In this document: positions 24,200-36,095 of the stretch, piece after piece
How the letters are laid out: every line of letters begins with the position of its first letter
Numbering within the stretch: position 1 is the first letter of the stretch
From: Takakia lepidozioides
Taxonomy: Eukaryota > Plantae > Bryophyta
Direction: 5' to 3'
NCBI GenBank assembly: GCA_030704615.1
Contig: CM060734.1
Coordinates: forward strand, 36,890,001 to 36,954,000
DNA: 64,000 nt
Translations under genes and position numbers: made by a program
The notes under the pieces: model-generated
Seen by the model: the letters and a program-made list of their open reading frames with translations, nothing else
Database searches by the model: none
Told to the model about the DNA's origin: nothing

Positions 24200-26950
24200 T
24201 GCTATAGTTGGTGATTTGATGCTGTTTCTCCCTCATGGCCACAGCTCGCGCTGCTGTGAGTGTGATATAGGTGATGATGTCTGCAACTGTGCACCCTGCT
24301 GAGTCATTGACTGTCTTTCTCAAGCCTTGCAGCAAGGGTCCCATTGCTACTGCTCCTGTGGACTGCATGACCAGTGACTGTGTCCAACTTCAGAGAACAA
24401 AGAATAGCTTCACCATGGTTGAGGGAAAGGGAGGTTGTCCGAAAGCTGTGCACCATGGAAGAGAAGTACTTCGTTTGTAGTCATTCAATGAGGGTTGCAA
24501 AACCCTCTCAGAAGCCTTGTAGTTATGCCTGGCACAGTCCCATCAAGGGCATCCAATTTAAATCTGTCATAAAATGCTCATAGTAACATAACAACTTTGT
24601 GCAGAGCATATGCCTCAGCAGAGCCATAGAAGCAAGCAATCGCCCAGTGCATGTATATTACATGCCAAGTTTCACACATTAAGAAAAAACGATGGGGGGA
24701 CGAATGCAAACCTGCTGGACAGCCTTGTATGTGTCGTTCCCAGTATTAAGGTCTGGGAAGAACAAAACTGTTGCCTGCATCAAACAACACCATATTTAAA
24801 AAACTGTCTCCACACATAAGGATGCAAGGATCCTGGATGAACGAATGTTCAATGTCAGGCAAATCGGATTAGCCTCTTTATTTTGGCAATGTCTGGCATG
24901 ATCTAAGGCATCAGCAATCCATAATCTGATGCAGTGATTCACAGACTGCACAACTTCATGGCTTTACAATCAATCAACTTTCTGGCAGCCCAGCATATGT
25001 CCATTGGTAAAACAGTAACACTACGAGACATACACTGCTCCAATAGTGGCACTCTTAATGAGTTCAGTTTCGATAACCATGCCATGTTGTACGTACCAAC
25101 ACTGCATTTTGAAGACAGTTCAATTGCTTGATGTAACACATTATTGGCAGTCCAGTGCCATCACAGCCTCGTCTGAATCTGGGTATAGAAGATTACCAGA
25201 GTTCTTTTCAAACCTTGTATGCAGCATAGAGAGAAAAGGAGAGAGAACAGAATTATGGTCTCAGCTCGCCCCATTCATGGTGCCTTTTATTAGAGAAAGA
25301 TGTGATGCCAAAGCTTACCTTTCCAGCCACTGCTCCTTTCATCTTGGTCTATGCAATATCTGGATCTACAGCTGGCATCATACTGCAGCCAGGACCAAAT
25401 ATTGAACCATAGTAAGACAAAAATAAAGACACCAGAAAGCTCTCATTGTTTTAGTCCGCTTTGATGCAGGGTTTAGGGTTTAAGACTGGTGACATTTGGT
25501 GATAGACCACTGATTGTTAACTCAGGTCAGCAAGAGCTGTAATGCATGCATTCCACTCTTGAGAATATTCTCTCACAGCACGACTTGCATATGGTGCCGG
25601 AATTTGCAAAAGGAGTGGGATCTACAGCAGTGGCTTCTAACTTCGTGTGATATTCTAAAGCACCTGCTTCTCAAGGAATCTCAACTGATTGTGGTTGAAT
25701 GCTTGTCTAATTGGCTGCTACACAATACAATAGACTACCTGAAAAAGTAGGGTGCTGCTGATCAAATTGGTGGAAAAGATGAACGACCCACAGCTTTGAC
25801 CTGAGAAGAAACTATGGTGTGGATGAAATGTGCATTTGGTACTTAAGCTACATGATGCTTTATTGAAAAAGATTACTCTTTATCTGCATACTTTGTATCG
25901 AAGTGTAGTAAGAACCCCTGCCCATGGCCTAGCTGCTCCAGGAGGAGTCACTACTGCCAGCTCCTCATTTTCTTGTGATACAAGATCAGTATGCTTTCTC
26001 AGACAGATTAATCATGATATTGAAATTCACAGTACCTGGAGGTGTCTTCAATAGGAGGATCTGGACATCTCATCTTGGTGATTGCAGTTGCATCTACTAC
26101 CTTTTGTATGATAATGACCAGACAAAATACACAACCTTCTCATTAGAATACATTTATCAAGGCCACAAGGCATCCACTTACTCCTGCTGGAACACTACAT
26201 CACTCATCTTGGCACTGTTCACTACTTTGTCTCTCCCATTCCCAATTGTTCCAGCCAGCTACGGTGGAAGCAACGCAACTCTAGTGAGTAATATCTTGCG
26301 AAGTCTACAAATTTCATCGAAAAACAGTTTGTAATGTCCTAGCATTAACAGCCAAACTCTATATAACATGTTTTGGGGTTCTCAGATCTGTAAAGGGAAC
26401 ATGCTTTACCTGCATCAGTGATGCGCAAAGCTGATGCCTCAAGTGTTGAAGGAATCTTGGTGCTCAGTGTAATTGTGTCATCTCTAGCACCCTTCAAGCT
26501 CGTCCCCTCTACCACCACGCTGTCCTGGTTGGTCTTGTAGGTTTCATAGGCTGTGGACACCAATCAGAGGTCAAGACCTCACATCTTAAACGAGCTTGAA
26601 GGGTGCTAGAGATGACACAATTACACTGAACGCCAAGATTCCTTCAACACTTGATACTTCACAAATTTGAAGTGTAAAGGTCTGCACCCACAACCGAAGA
26701 ACACAGGGATGTCCCCAAATCGTCGTTTGATCGATCGGCCTGAAGTAGCCAACGCCAGGTTGCAACCTCTCCAAAGCATGCAGCAATCCCAATGTAAGTA
26801 CAGCCAAATCACGACCAACTCCGCCAATCGCATGATGCACGTACAAACCAGTCGAATGTGCTTGTCTCCTACAATTCCATGATAAAGCCACTGACAATCC
26901 TCCTCTCGAATGCGCGGTTCCGATATATTTCCCTGCAATGCTGTAAAGAG
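24200..26950 (-). pseudogene. PTA: Phosphate acetyltransferase (long form with BioD-like N-domain) pseudogene
   Basis: LGLLHALERLQPGVGYFRPI, DSVVVEGTSL, ATVLFFPDLNTGNDTYK (~24723-24775) and QSTGAVAMGPLLQGLRKTVNDSAGCTVADII. Much of the catalytic domain is not recognisable. Confidence 0.8.
26439..26654. repeat. 65-bp inverted duplication of PTA exon sequence (arms 26439-26503 and 26590-26654)
   Basis: Arms are identical at 63/65 when reverse-complemented, with an 86-nt spacer. Confidence 0.92.
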
Positions 26951-27429
26951 TCTTGCAATGCATTCATTTTCTATCCGGTCTTGACTTTTTCGCCGATGCA
27001 GTCAGCATTATCGGAAAGAAATTTTTGAAGTGAAGTAAAGGCTCGTTACCTTGGATATGGAAGGACTTGAGATCCGTGAAGCCACCAGCAAGCTTGCCTC
27101 CCACTTGACAAAGGCTTGCCCCAGTAGTGGAAAGAATCTGGGTTTATATTTGGTGCACCTTCAACCTTGTCATCTCACTCGACCTGAATTCTTCGGCAAG
27201 TTAGTGCGTGGATCCCAAAATCCAAAAAGAATTGACAAGCATATTAGCCCTCTGTGCCATGTCACTCTCTCACAGGAGAGATTATGGAACTGCAGGAATG
27301 TGGGATGGGCTCCTTTGGAGCATGCTTGAAGCTCCAAGCTATGGGGGCCTGCATTTTCAAACCCCCTAAAAACACCAACAAAGCACCCTCTGCCTAATCA
27401 TGGAATTCTGCCCTCAAATTTGGTGAGTG

Positions 27430-28110
27430 CATACCAGTCTTGGACTGGTATATGGTCTGAGGCCTGGTCTTTATATTGGTATTCATACTAGTATTTGATA
27501 ACAGACCAGCTTGCCTGGTCTACCGTTCGGCAATACCCATGCCCATACCAGGGTACCCACATATTAGTCTTTGGAAGATATGCGTAGATACAACACCAGT
27601 CTAGTATTACATTCAAGGTACCAGTATTCATACCAGTTTCCTGCAAGCCACCTCTCTTGCCTGGTATGAACATGTTGGCTATAAGGTGTTGCTATATGTA
27701 GTTTCAAGGCACTGTTTTTGGCTTGAGGTAGATCAGGAGGTACTCTTATTTTGCTGCATCGCTTGAAACTTTGGGACACGTGAGTTTGAATGCTGCCTTC
27801 TACTTGTATGCAGATTCATGTGATGTGTGTCGATTTTGAACATGGTTGGCTTCTCATCAATACCAGTATTCATTACATATACTTGATGGTATCAAGTTAA
27901 GCATACTTGCCTGGTACCAGTTCTAGTCTGGTATCTCATTGCTTAAGAGACATATATATACCAGGACCAGACTGGTATGTAATATACTTGATACCAGTCC
28001 AACACTGGTATGTTCTTCAGTACACATACTCATACTTGTATTTTATACCTAGGTTCATAGTTCATACTGGTCCAACAGTGGTGCATCATACAGGTGCCAG
28101 GTAGGTACTA
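27430..28110. repeat. Degenerate ATACCAG/CTGGTAT-rich repeat, probably TE-derived
   Basis: Many TACCAG/CTGGTA motifs in both orientations. Confidence 0.5.
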
Positions 28111-28307
28111 GGTACCTTTTTTTTCTCAAGAAGAAAACAAAAAGAGAAGTGCAGCCGCTTTGAAATTCCCGGACTTCAACTGTTGACCTCACAATCGATG
28201 GCACTGCTTTCAAACGCAACTGATATTTCTCGAGAGTTTGTGCCCACTACGAAGGCAGCCGCTGGATTCCCAGAGTTGGGCTGCATGAGAGAGAGGAGAG
28301 AGAGGCA

Positions 28308-30991
28308 ATGAGCGTGAGAAGCAATATGGCATGTCCTGCTATGCAAGATTGCACAGGCAGGGGCAGTGCTTTTGCGCAGCTGGGTTGCCTGCTCCTGGAC
28401 ATCATCTGTGCTGTGTCCATGTCCTTCTTTCGGTCTCTGTCTCTAGCAGCTCGCCTCTTTTTGGTCTGGTTAAGGAAAGAATTTCCACCAGCAGTGTCAG
28501 ACGAGGTGCAAAAGGGGGAATTCTCATTGTATGAGGGCAAAGTATGGCACGAACGGCGGAAACCAGTTTTACACAGCTTTGAGTACCGCGTGCGCTATGC
28601 GCTCATCAATTTGGACCACCCTCCACCGTGGTTCGATTCCTCTCACCACCTCAGCGCTTCCCAGGCCCGCGCAATCTCTGCCACCACCGGACCTGTGTAA
28701 TTTTCCCTCCATACTTGTTGTGTGATAAAACGCTGATGTTAAGGACGTCCGCTTGCTGCGTTGAATCAGAAAAAATGTTAAGTGGGCACACGTTTGAGGG
28801 ATTCGTTCTGAACACATATAACTGCGTCATCGGAAGCTGCTGAAATGTGGACACAAATGTAATACACCAGATAACGAAATTTGCTTTTTCTCTCCTTATG
28901 GACTTCTCTGCGATTCTGCATCGCATCAAGGCCCGATTGCAGCTGATGGGTTCTTAGAGAGAGAAATGTATAAGATCTGATGCGTGAAGGATTTAGGCTT
29001 TTCAACTTGTGAAAGAGAAAGAGTACACTTTCTGCATGGACTCCCAGCAATTGTGCTGGGTCTCCTTGAAGCAGGGAACCTGAATCGAAGCAATAACAAG
29101 GTCCTGGTCAATGTGAAAGATTCTCGTTAGCAAGATTCCTGCACCTTTTAAGGGCGCCTATCCCAGTTTGGGAGTAAGGTTTTCGAGAAAGAGCTGAGGG
29201 TACATGTCTGTCGTCAAAGAGGGATAATTTATGATTTGGTGATATGTTGTAGGCACCTGCTGACAATGCCAACAAGCGTGGGTTATGAGCAGAACCCTCT
29301 GAGTGTCTACTACTGTTATGATGAGCAAGGTCGCCTTGTCCAGTGCATAGCAGAGGTACATTCCTACTTCAGTTCAATCTTATCAAGCAACTCTTCTTGA
29401 TTTCATGAATTACCTTCTCCGCCATTCTGTTCTGGTTTCTGAAAAATGGTTCACCATACAGCTATGGGAATTATACAAAGGGCACTCTGACATCCATCAT
29501 AGTGTGGAAGGGGTGACGCTCAGTTTGCTTGGGGCCTTGAAGTGTAGCTGAGGTCTAACAAGGTGTTCAAAGTCTAGAATGAGGGATATGTATATGTCAT
29601 GTGGTTGTCAGTGCACAGAAAATTGAAACTTTTATAACCTGGCACAAACTTCTTCCATACATACTGCCACCTTTGAGATGGGTACCTTCCATTCAAATCC
29701 CCTCTTCTATCCAAAAAATACAGTGGTAGTTGTGTTCAACAGTGCAGGCTTTGCCATCACCTTATCCTATTACTGCAGGTACAATGGAAGACAAGAGGGT
29801 TGATTTTTGGTAGGACCACAGTTTCCAGTCCTATCAAAGGGTAGTCTTGTGATTCCAGTCCTGCACTCACCTGCACACACAAGGTCTACACATGGTGGAA
29901 GTTCTGCAATAGAACACATGTTTCCAACTACAAACTATTTGAAGAGGGAGCCTCACCAAAGTACAACTGCCAGTTTCTTTGTTACTTTTAAGCAGGCCAC
30001 CTCAGCATAATCGAAATCAGACTGATCAATCCCATAGGGCAGGGTGCTGTCACACGGGAGTACTTTCAAACAATGTAGCACTTGGTTGTGTTTACAGGTG
30101 ACAAACACTCCTTGGGCAGAAAGAGTTACTTTTTTGTTCAGTCCTGGCTTGGACCTGGTTGCAAAGCCACTCCATGTTAGCCCATTCATGGTGGGTCCTC
30201 TGTGAACCTGCTAAAAGATCTTTTCTATGCATACCGTCTGCTGTCTTATCACTTTTCCACTAATTTTATTTTACAGGATGAGAGAGCTTGATGAGTCTTC
30301 CTAGGTAGAAATCCAAACTCTTGCCAGATGTATGACGTGTAATTTGTCTGCCCTTGTAATGATCTATGGTTGGGTGGGCCATATGCCAGGATATGAAGGG
30401 AGTGTGGCAATTGCGGGCTGCACAACCTGGCCAAGAGCTGCTCCTTCACATTTCAGTGCAGCATCCTGAATTGGGTACCTACTTCCGGGCCATCTTACAG
30501 GCCCAGCGTGTGGATCAGGATCAGGTGTCGAATGCTGAGGCCTTCACATGGCTGATGCCTCACAAGGTGGCCCTTTGGATCTACTGGCAGGTATGGCACC
30601 AACTTGCTTCATCTCTTGTCATAACGCCACAACACAGTCTATGAAGCTGCACTTGGAGTTCAGCTGTTGCTAAGATACAAAGCTCAGAGTCTATTTGAGT
30701 TAAATGTAAAGAGAATGTAGAGTTGTGTCTGTAGTGTGCCAATCAAGGGGAAGTCACAAGGGTGCGGAGGGTGGGATGCAGGCACTATTACTAATTTGGA
30801 AGGGAGTGGCCTTCATACCTCACCCCAAGTACACTGATGGTGATGCATACCGCAAACGTGCTCAACATCATGACACCCACTTGCATCCCACTGCTTCTCA
30901 AGAAGAGAAGATTGACAGAGCAAATGGCCATAGGGCTATATCTCAACGCTACTGCACATGGCAGGAGGCAGCTGCCTGGCCATGGAAATAG
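28308..30991 (+). CDS. DUF1365 family protein (5 exons: ~28308-28696, 29252-29355, 30098-30190, 30390-30589, 30782-30991)
   Basis: SLYEGKVWHERRKPVLHSFEYRVRYALINLD, VGYEQNPLSVYYCYD, VTNTPWAERVTF...KPLHVSPFM, WLMPHKVALWIYWQ, WKGVAFIPHPKY. Start codon uncertain. Confidence 0.88.
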
Positions 30992-32166
30992 AAGTACAGG
31001 TATTATCCATATTCACAATCAATTTGTGTACTGGCACTTCCAAATGTGCAATTCTTCACATGATTCATCTGGAAACCAAGTTTGCAACCCTTAAAGTTTG
31101 AACTTTTCAACTGGCAGTTGCCTCAGCATGTGCTGTAGAACACTGAATGCTAAGCAACACCATTAGGCCACAATGATGGGGTTGCAAAATGAGATGATTT
31201 TATGCTTGATACAATGCCAACACATTTCTCTCCCATTCAGAAGGTACAACTGTTGATAGTGGACAGCATGTTGTCCTCTGCCTGTAAATGATGGCTTTAC
31301 TCAAAATTAATATATAATGCGGGGACTTTGGATACAGTGCTTCCTGTCTGTTATCTGCAGAATTACCAAGACCAGCCAAATTGTTGCTGTGCTAGTAGGG
31401 TTTCTAAACTCTCCGTACCGCATGGGTTCACCTACGCCAACCCTTCCGCTTTGTTGAACCAAACAAAACCTTGAATTAGCATACTAGAAAATCCATTTCT
31501 CTGTGGGAACAAATCAGTTACCCATTAGGCCCCTCACCCCTCCAGATTTCACCTATATTCAATGTAAAAGAGACTGCACATCCAAAGATATATACTGCAA
31601 TCCGCGTATCAAATACGTGCCCTCTTTTCAACCACCATGGATTTCTAGACCTCTGCTCTCCATAAGAAAAAAAAGGGGAAATAAAGATATAGTTACTGAA
31701 AAAGCTAGGAAAAGGCTAGAAATTGTCTGCAATTTGTCAGCAGTCAATCTTGCTGACATACAGAATGACATCCGATATGTTGGGTGCATTGACTCGCAAA
31801 CCTGCCACAGACTTCTTCATGACTTTGCCATTCATGGGGAAGGTTCCACACCATAAACATCAATGTACAGTGCACTAAGAACTCTCGCCATCTATGGGGC
31901 TACAACAAGCCTGGGCACACAACCAATTTGTATGGGACTTTGTTTGGAATGTCAAGTCACCCTCAAGAATGATGTCCAGTACAACCACTACCTTGATTAC
32001 AAGTAGTGTAGTCACAATCTACTATAAAGAGAGGCCAGAGCCACTGCAAACTTCCCCTTGCGGGTACTGCCCCCTTTTGGAGATGGGCTCTATTGTGAGA
32101 GTCTAATTATGCAACAATATACTAAAATGAAAAGGCAGTGAACCTTCATGTGGTTACAAACACTAC

Positions 32167-35100
32167 TTAGACCAAAACTAATGAGTTTCGACCATGAGGT
32201 CTCAGTAGTGCACTTTCATCCACATCCCTTGGCATGCTAGGACAAATGCCACCAGGATTCAGGGGAAACAGTACTCCGTAGTAGCCTTGTAATATAACTT
32301 GTAAATCGCATGTTAAAGCAATTTTTGGTACCTGTTCCACCACCAGCAAACAAATGGTTGAAGTATTACAGATGACATCTATTCTCTGACGGTAACCTCC
32401 CAGAAGCATTCCATCTGAACACACGTAATAGGCTGAGGTTAAAGTGAAGAGGTGACAAGATGAAAACCCAACTTTACTGTTAATGCAAAGACTAGCAAAG
32501 TGGTTGATCTTAAGATTAGTAAGTGGGAAAGGTGGACTCCTGCTGAAGCAAGCGTAAATAATGGCTCTTCAATCTGAAAGGGGCTACTGTATTTGGAAGG
32601 CGGACGTCTTCTAATGGCCATAACAAAGGCAGCATGGTTGCCAAACACCAACCCCACCCCCCCGCCCCGCCACGAACTCAAAAGACCCAGGTATCCACAC
32701 CCCCTTCTTTCAACTGGGTTGGTTACAATGGTGACATTCAACATACTAGTGAGATGGCCTTGTGCCCCAACCACACATGCCGAATGAGTTGGCAACCTCT
32801 CTACCAAAAGCTTTTTCTTTCCGATGAAGCTATAATGAGTTTATCCCACATCAACTGGTTCCATTTGTCCATCAAAAAATCTGTTCAGGCGACTTTTAAC
32901 TGCTGCAGCACTATCCATGCCATGACTTCTGATCCTCAGCTTGTTCCTAGAACACAAACAGGTAGTAGCAGCAGCAAACCTGATAAATGTCGCGCATGTA
33001 ATCATAGAGGTTATGGTATTCTGATAGCTTTTGCTTAGAGCACTTGAACAGGATCTGATAAACAGGGTCGAACCGAAAGAGCGTTGTGAATAAGCGAACA
33101 TCTGCCAACGTCAACGAGTCCCCACAAAGGTAGCGGGAGGTGGCTAGATGTTGATCAAGCATGTCCAAGGTGGCAAATAGGCTCTCAACTGCCATATCAT
33201 ATGCCTTCTGTCCCTGTGCAAAGCCACACCTGCATTTGAAAGTGTCATTACTTGCCCTAAATATACTCATGCAGCACAGCTTCCTGTTAAAATTGACCTC
33301 TCACTGAAAGAAATTGTCTTCTCACTGCAAGAGCCCACCCCTGACCAGGGCCACTACCCTGGCCTGCTATGGAAAGTGGTTCTTCTTTATGCTGGCCTGG
33401 ACCAGAGTCTTCTCTCTCTCTGACTCTTCACAAATTCGAAATATGTCAAGTTCCTCTGAAAGATAAGAAAAACCAAGACTATAGCTGTGGAGATGGCTGC
33501 AGAGATGGAAAACTTGGACAGGCAGGCAACACATGTGCTACCCTTGACTTGACAGAATGTATGAGCAATGCTACCAAATCAAAGAAGGAAAAACATGTGG
33601 ATAATCATGTACAGCCTGATTGAAACTGGGTGGGTATACAAACCAACTCTAAAAATTGCTAATCTATCCTCCCTTGCTGATGGTGCATGGGATATTGATA
33701 GTGTTCTACCAGAGAAGAGAGGTACCCAATCCATATACAAGAAATAAACCATAAACTGCAGCTGATTGCTTTGATTTGCCAAATCAGTTATATGGCTCAC
33801 AATTTCCATAAGTCACATTGCTAAATGTTGTAGCTCCCACTATGATCCATCACAAATGCAACTCAACTCTAAAGCGACTAGGACCTACGTAAGCACATCC
33901 TCTCCCCAGACGTCACTGGGGGAAAAAGAAACAAGTGGGCTTTGGACATGATGAAGGAGCCCAATAGTCTTGAGCAGAGAAGCACATACCTATATACACC
34001 ATTATTGACATCTGGATAGATCACTTCGTTCCATCTATCAATGTCCACCTTCAAATGCGAGGGGGCCAGATCCAGGCCTGGGTTCCGGGCAAGATCATTG
34101 AAATCAGAATTAAGAATTTCAATTATATCTGCACTCTCATTGTTCACAACCTCCTTCTGATGCGCATCCCACAGCATGGGGACTGTTGAGCGCCCCTTGT
34201 AGCCCCCCTTCTGTGACTGATACACATCAACCAGCCGTTTCTGCCCATTTGCCCTGTCCCCAGTTGGGATCAGCCTTCCCTGCAACCCTTCCCCTGCACA
34301 AGTGTGAGTACAGTGAATCGTTCCCTCTAGAAGCAACACCTCCCATGGACTTAGGGTCCTCCAATGTTCAGGAGTGTGTAAGACTTGTGGGGGATAGATG
34401 CAGGTCTGCTTAAGAAAATTGTTCCCACCACTTTGCTTATCAAACCTAAATTCCACATCATCAAGGTCCTAACAAAGTTGGATTACTGGCATGATGCCTG
34501 ATAGAAGCTAGCAAAATTTATTACCACCCAAGGGAGTTGCTATGTGAGGAATTCGTCCATGTCTTGTTTCAGTAGACCTACCTGAATCAACAGGCATGTC
34601 TACTATGTTGACGTGAACAATGAAAACTTTTTAGTTTGTAGATTGGGAACCCCACCTCTGGATTCGCAAGGGACTGTGGGTGAAACTCCCACAAGCCTGT
34701 GGGCCCAGGCACAGCGATGGAGAGAGGTACAGCATCTTCAAGACCTTTGAGCACATGGACAATGGCACATCTGGACAGCAGAAACTTTATTTTTAAGAAC
34801 CTTCATTTCCTCAACCCTTTGCAGTCTCCTTCTGCAGCAGCATGTCTCTATGTCTCTCTCTCTAAAACAAGACAAGAATAGCAATAGTGCAGAAAACCAA
34901 AGCTGGTACCTTCCTAATGATCTGTCCTACAAGGACAACAAGGACGGAAGACTTGACAACCTGGTACACATCTGATATATCACCGCTCTCACCAGAATAT
35001 GCAAACTCACCGGTGTGCCCACGGACATGTGAGCGCAACGTAAAGATGGTATCGCCCACTTCGTGCAGACTCGATAGATCGACTGCGAAATTGGCTCTTG

Positions 35101-35435
35101 GATCTTTTGAATTCTCGGTCATTCCCACTGGGCGCCAGCTGACCCATCATCGTCAGCCATCCTGTATTCCACACCTCGCGGACAATTCCCACAAGAGCCC
35201 CTGGCGGAAGACCGCCACCCCAGACTTTTTGGCCTAGCACTTTCACAAAATCTGGGGCATTCCATGGGTGCGCCCTAGAGTCGTCACTCGCATCGCATCG
35301 CACGAATCCTCCGTGCCTGCGCTTACATTGCAACGATGTTCTCGAGGACGTCTTTCCCGCAAGAGGTTGCAACGAGAATGCGCCAGGACCCAACGACAGG
35401 GCAGAAGCAGAAGAAGCTGGGGAAGAAACAGCCAT
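32167..35435 (-). CDS. Glutathionyl-hydroquinone reductase (GHR/Xi-class GST, YqjG-like), probably plastid-targeted
   Basis: GRYHLYVALTCPWAHR, YKGRSTVPMLWD...NNESADII, IYPDVNNGVYR, CGFAQ, LTLADVRLFTTLFRFDPVY, LFPLNPGGICP. Ser/Ala-rich N-terminus. Confidence 0.92.
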
Positions 35436-36095
35436 AGCTAAAGCCACCAGTAACAAGCAGGCTTGGAGCTCAAGTTATCATTGCGATCTGCAACTTTGTA
35501 TCTACAAACAGCATTTCCGGGATGGATGCAGTGAGAGGATTCTCTAAATAAAAATGACATCCAGAAACAAAGTAGACTTATCTGATCCATCTTGCCGAGC
35601 ATCTCCGTAAAAAGGAGGAATCATTCGTCTATAACATACTGGAGCTCATAACTGCCTGATTTGAGCTGCGAATTCAGACAAGAGTTGCGGTAGGAATGGG
35701 AAATCATGAACTCGAGACTTTTAGAGATGGGATTTTCTAACCAGAGCGAGAGAGAGAGAGAGAGAAGTGTTTCCTAACTTTTAGAACCCCCCAAGATTTT
35801 TCTACGAAAAAGAAGAACCCTAATAGAACGGTGAAGAACAAGCAGATGCGGAGACAGCTTTGGAGGGCCAGGGAGATAAGAGGCTGCTGACGGAGCTCCC
35901 TGCTAATACCGCTGTGGACTGCTCCGTTGTCTGTTTATAGCAAGATCTGTGGGCAAACGTAAACGTAAATTCCGGAGGGAGTGTCTCCTTTCGCAAGGAT
36001 TCTTGGCTGCATTAGGTAGCGTGCCTATCCGTGCGTGTCAAGAGGGTTGTTGGCCTGTGGATGCAGTGGGTCTACGTGCAGCGACTCTTGCATCC

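Noticed and set aside
25468-25482. Interstitial telomere array
   Set aside because: Only about two TTTAGGG units, i.e. telo-box scale, not an array.
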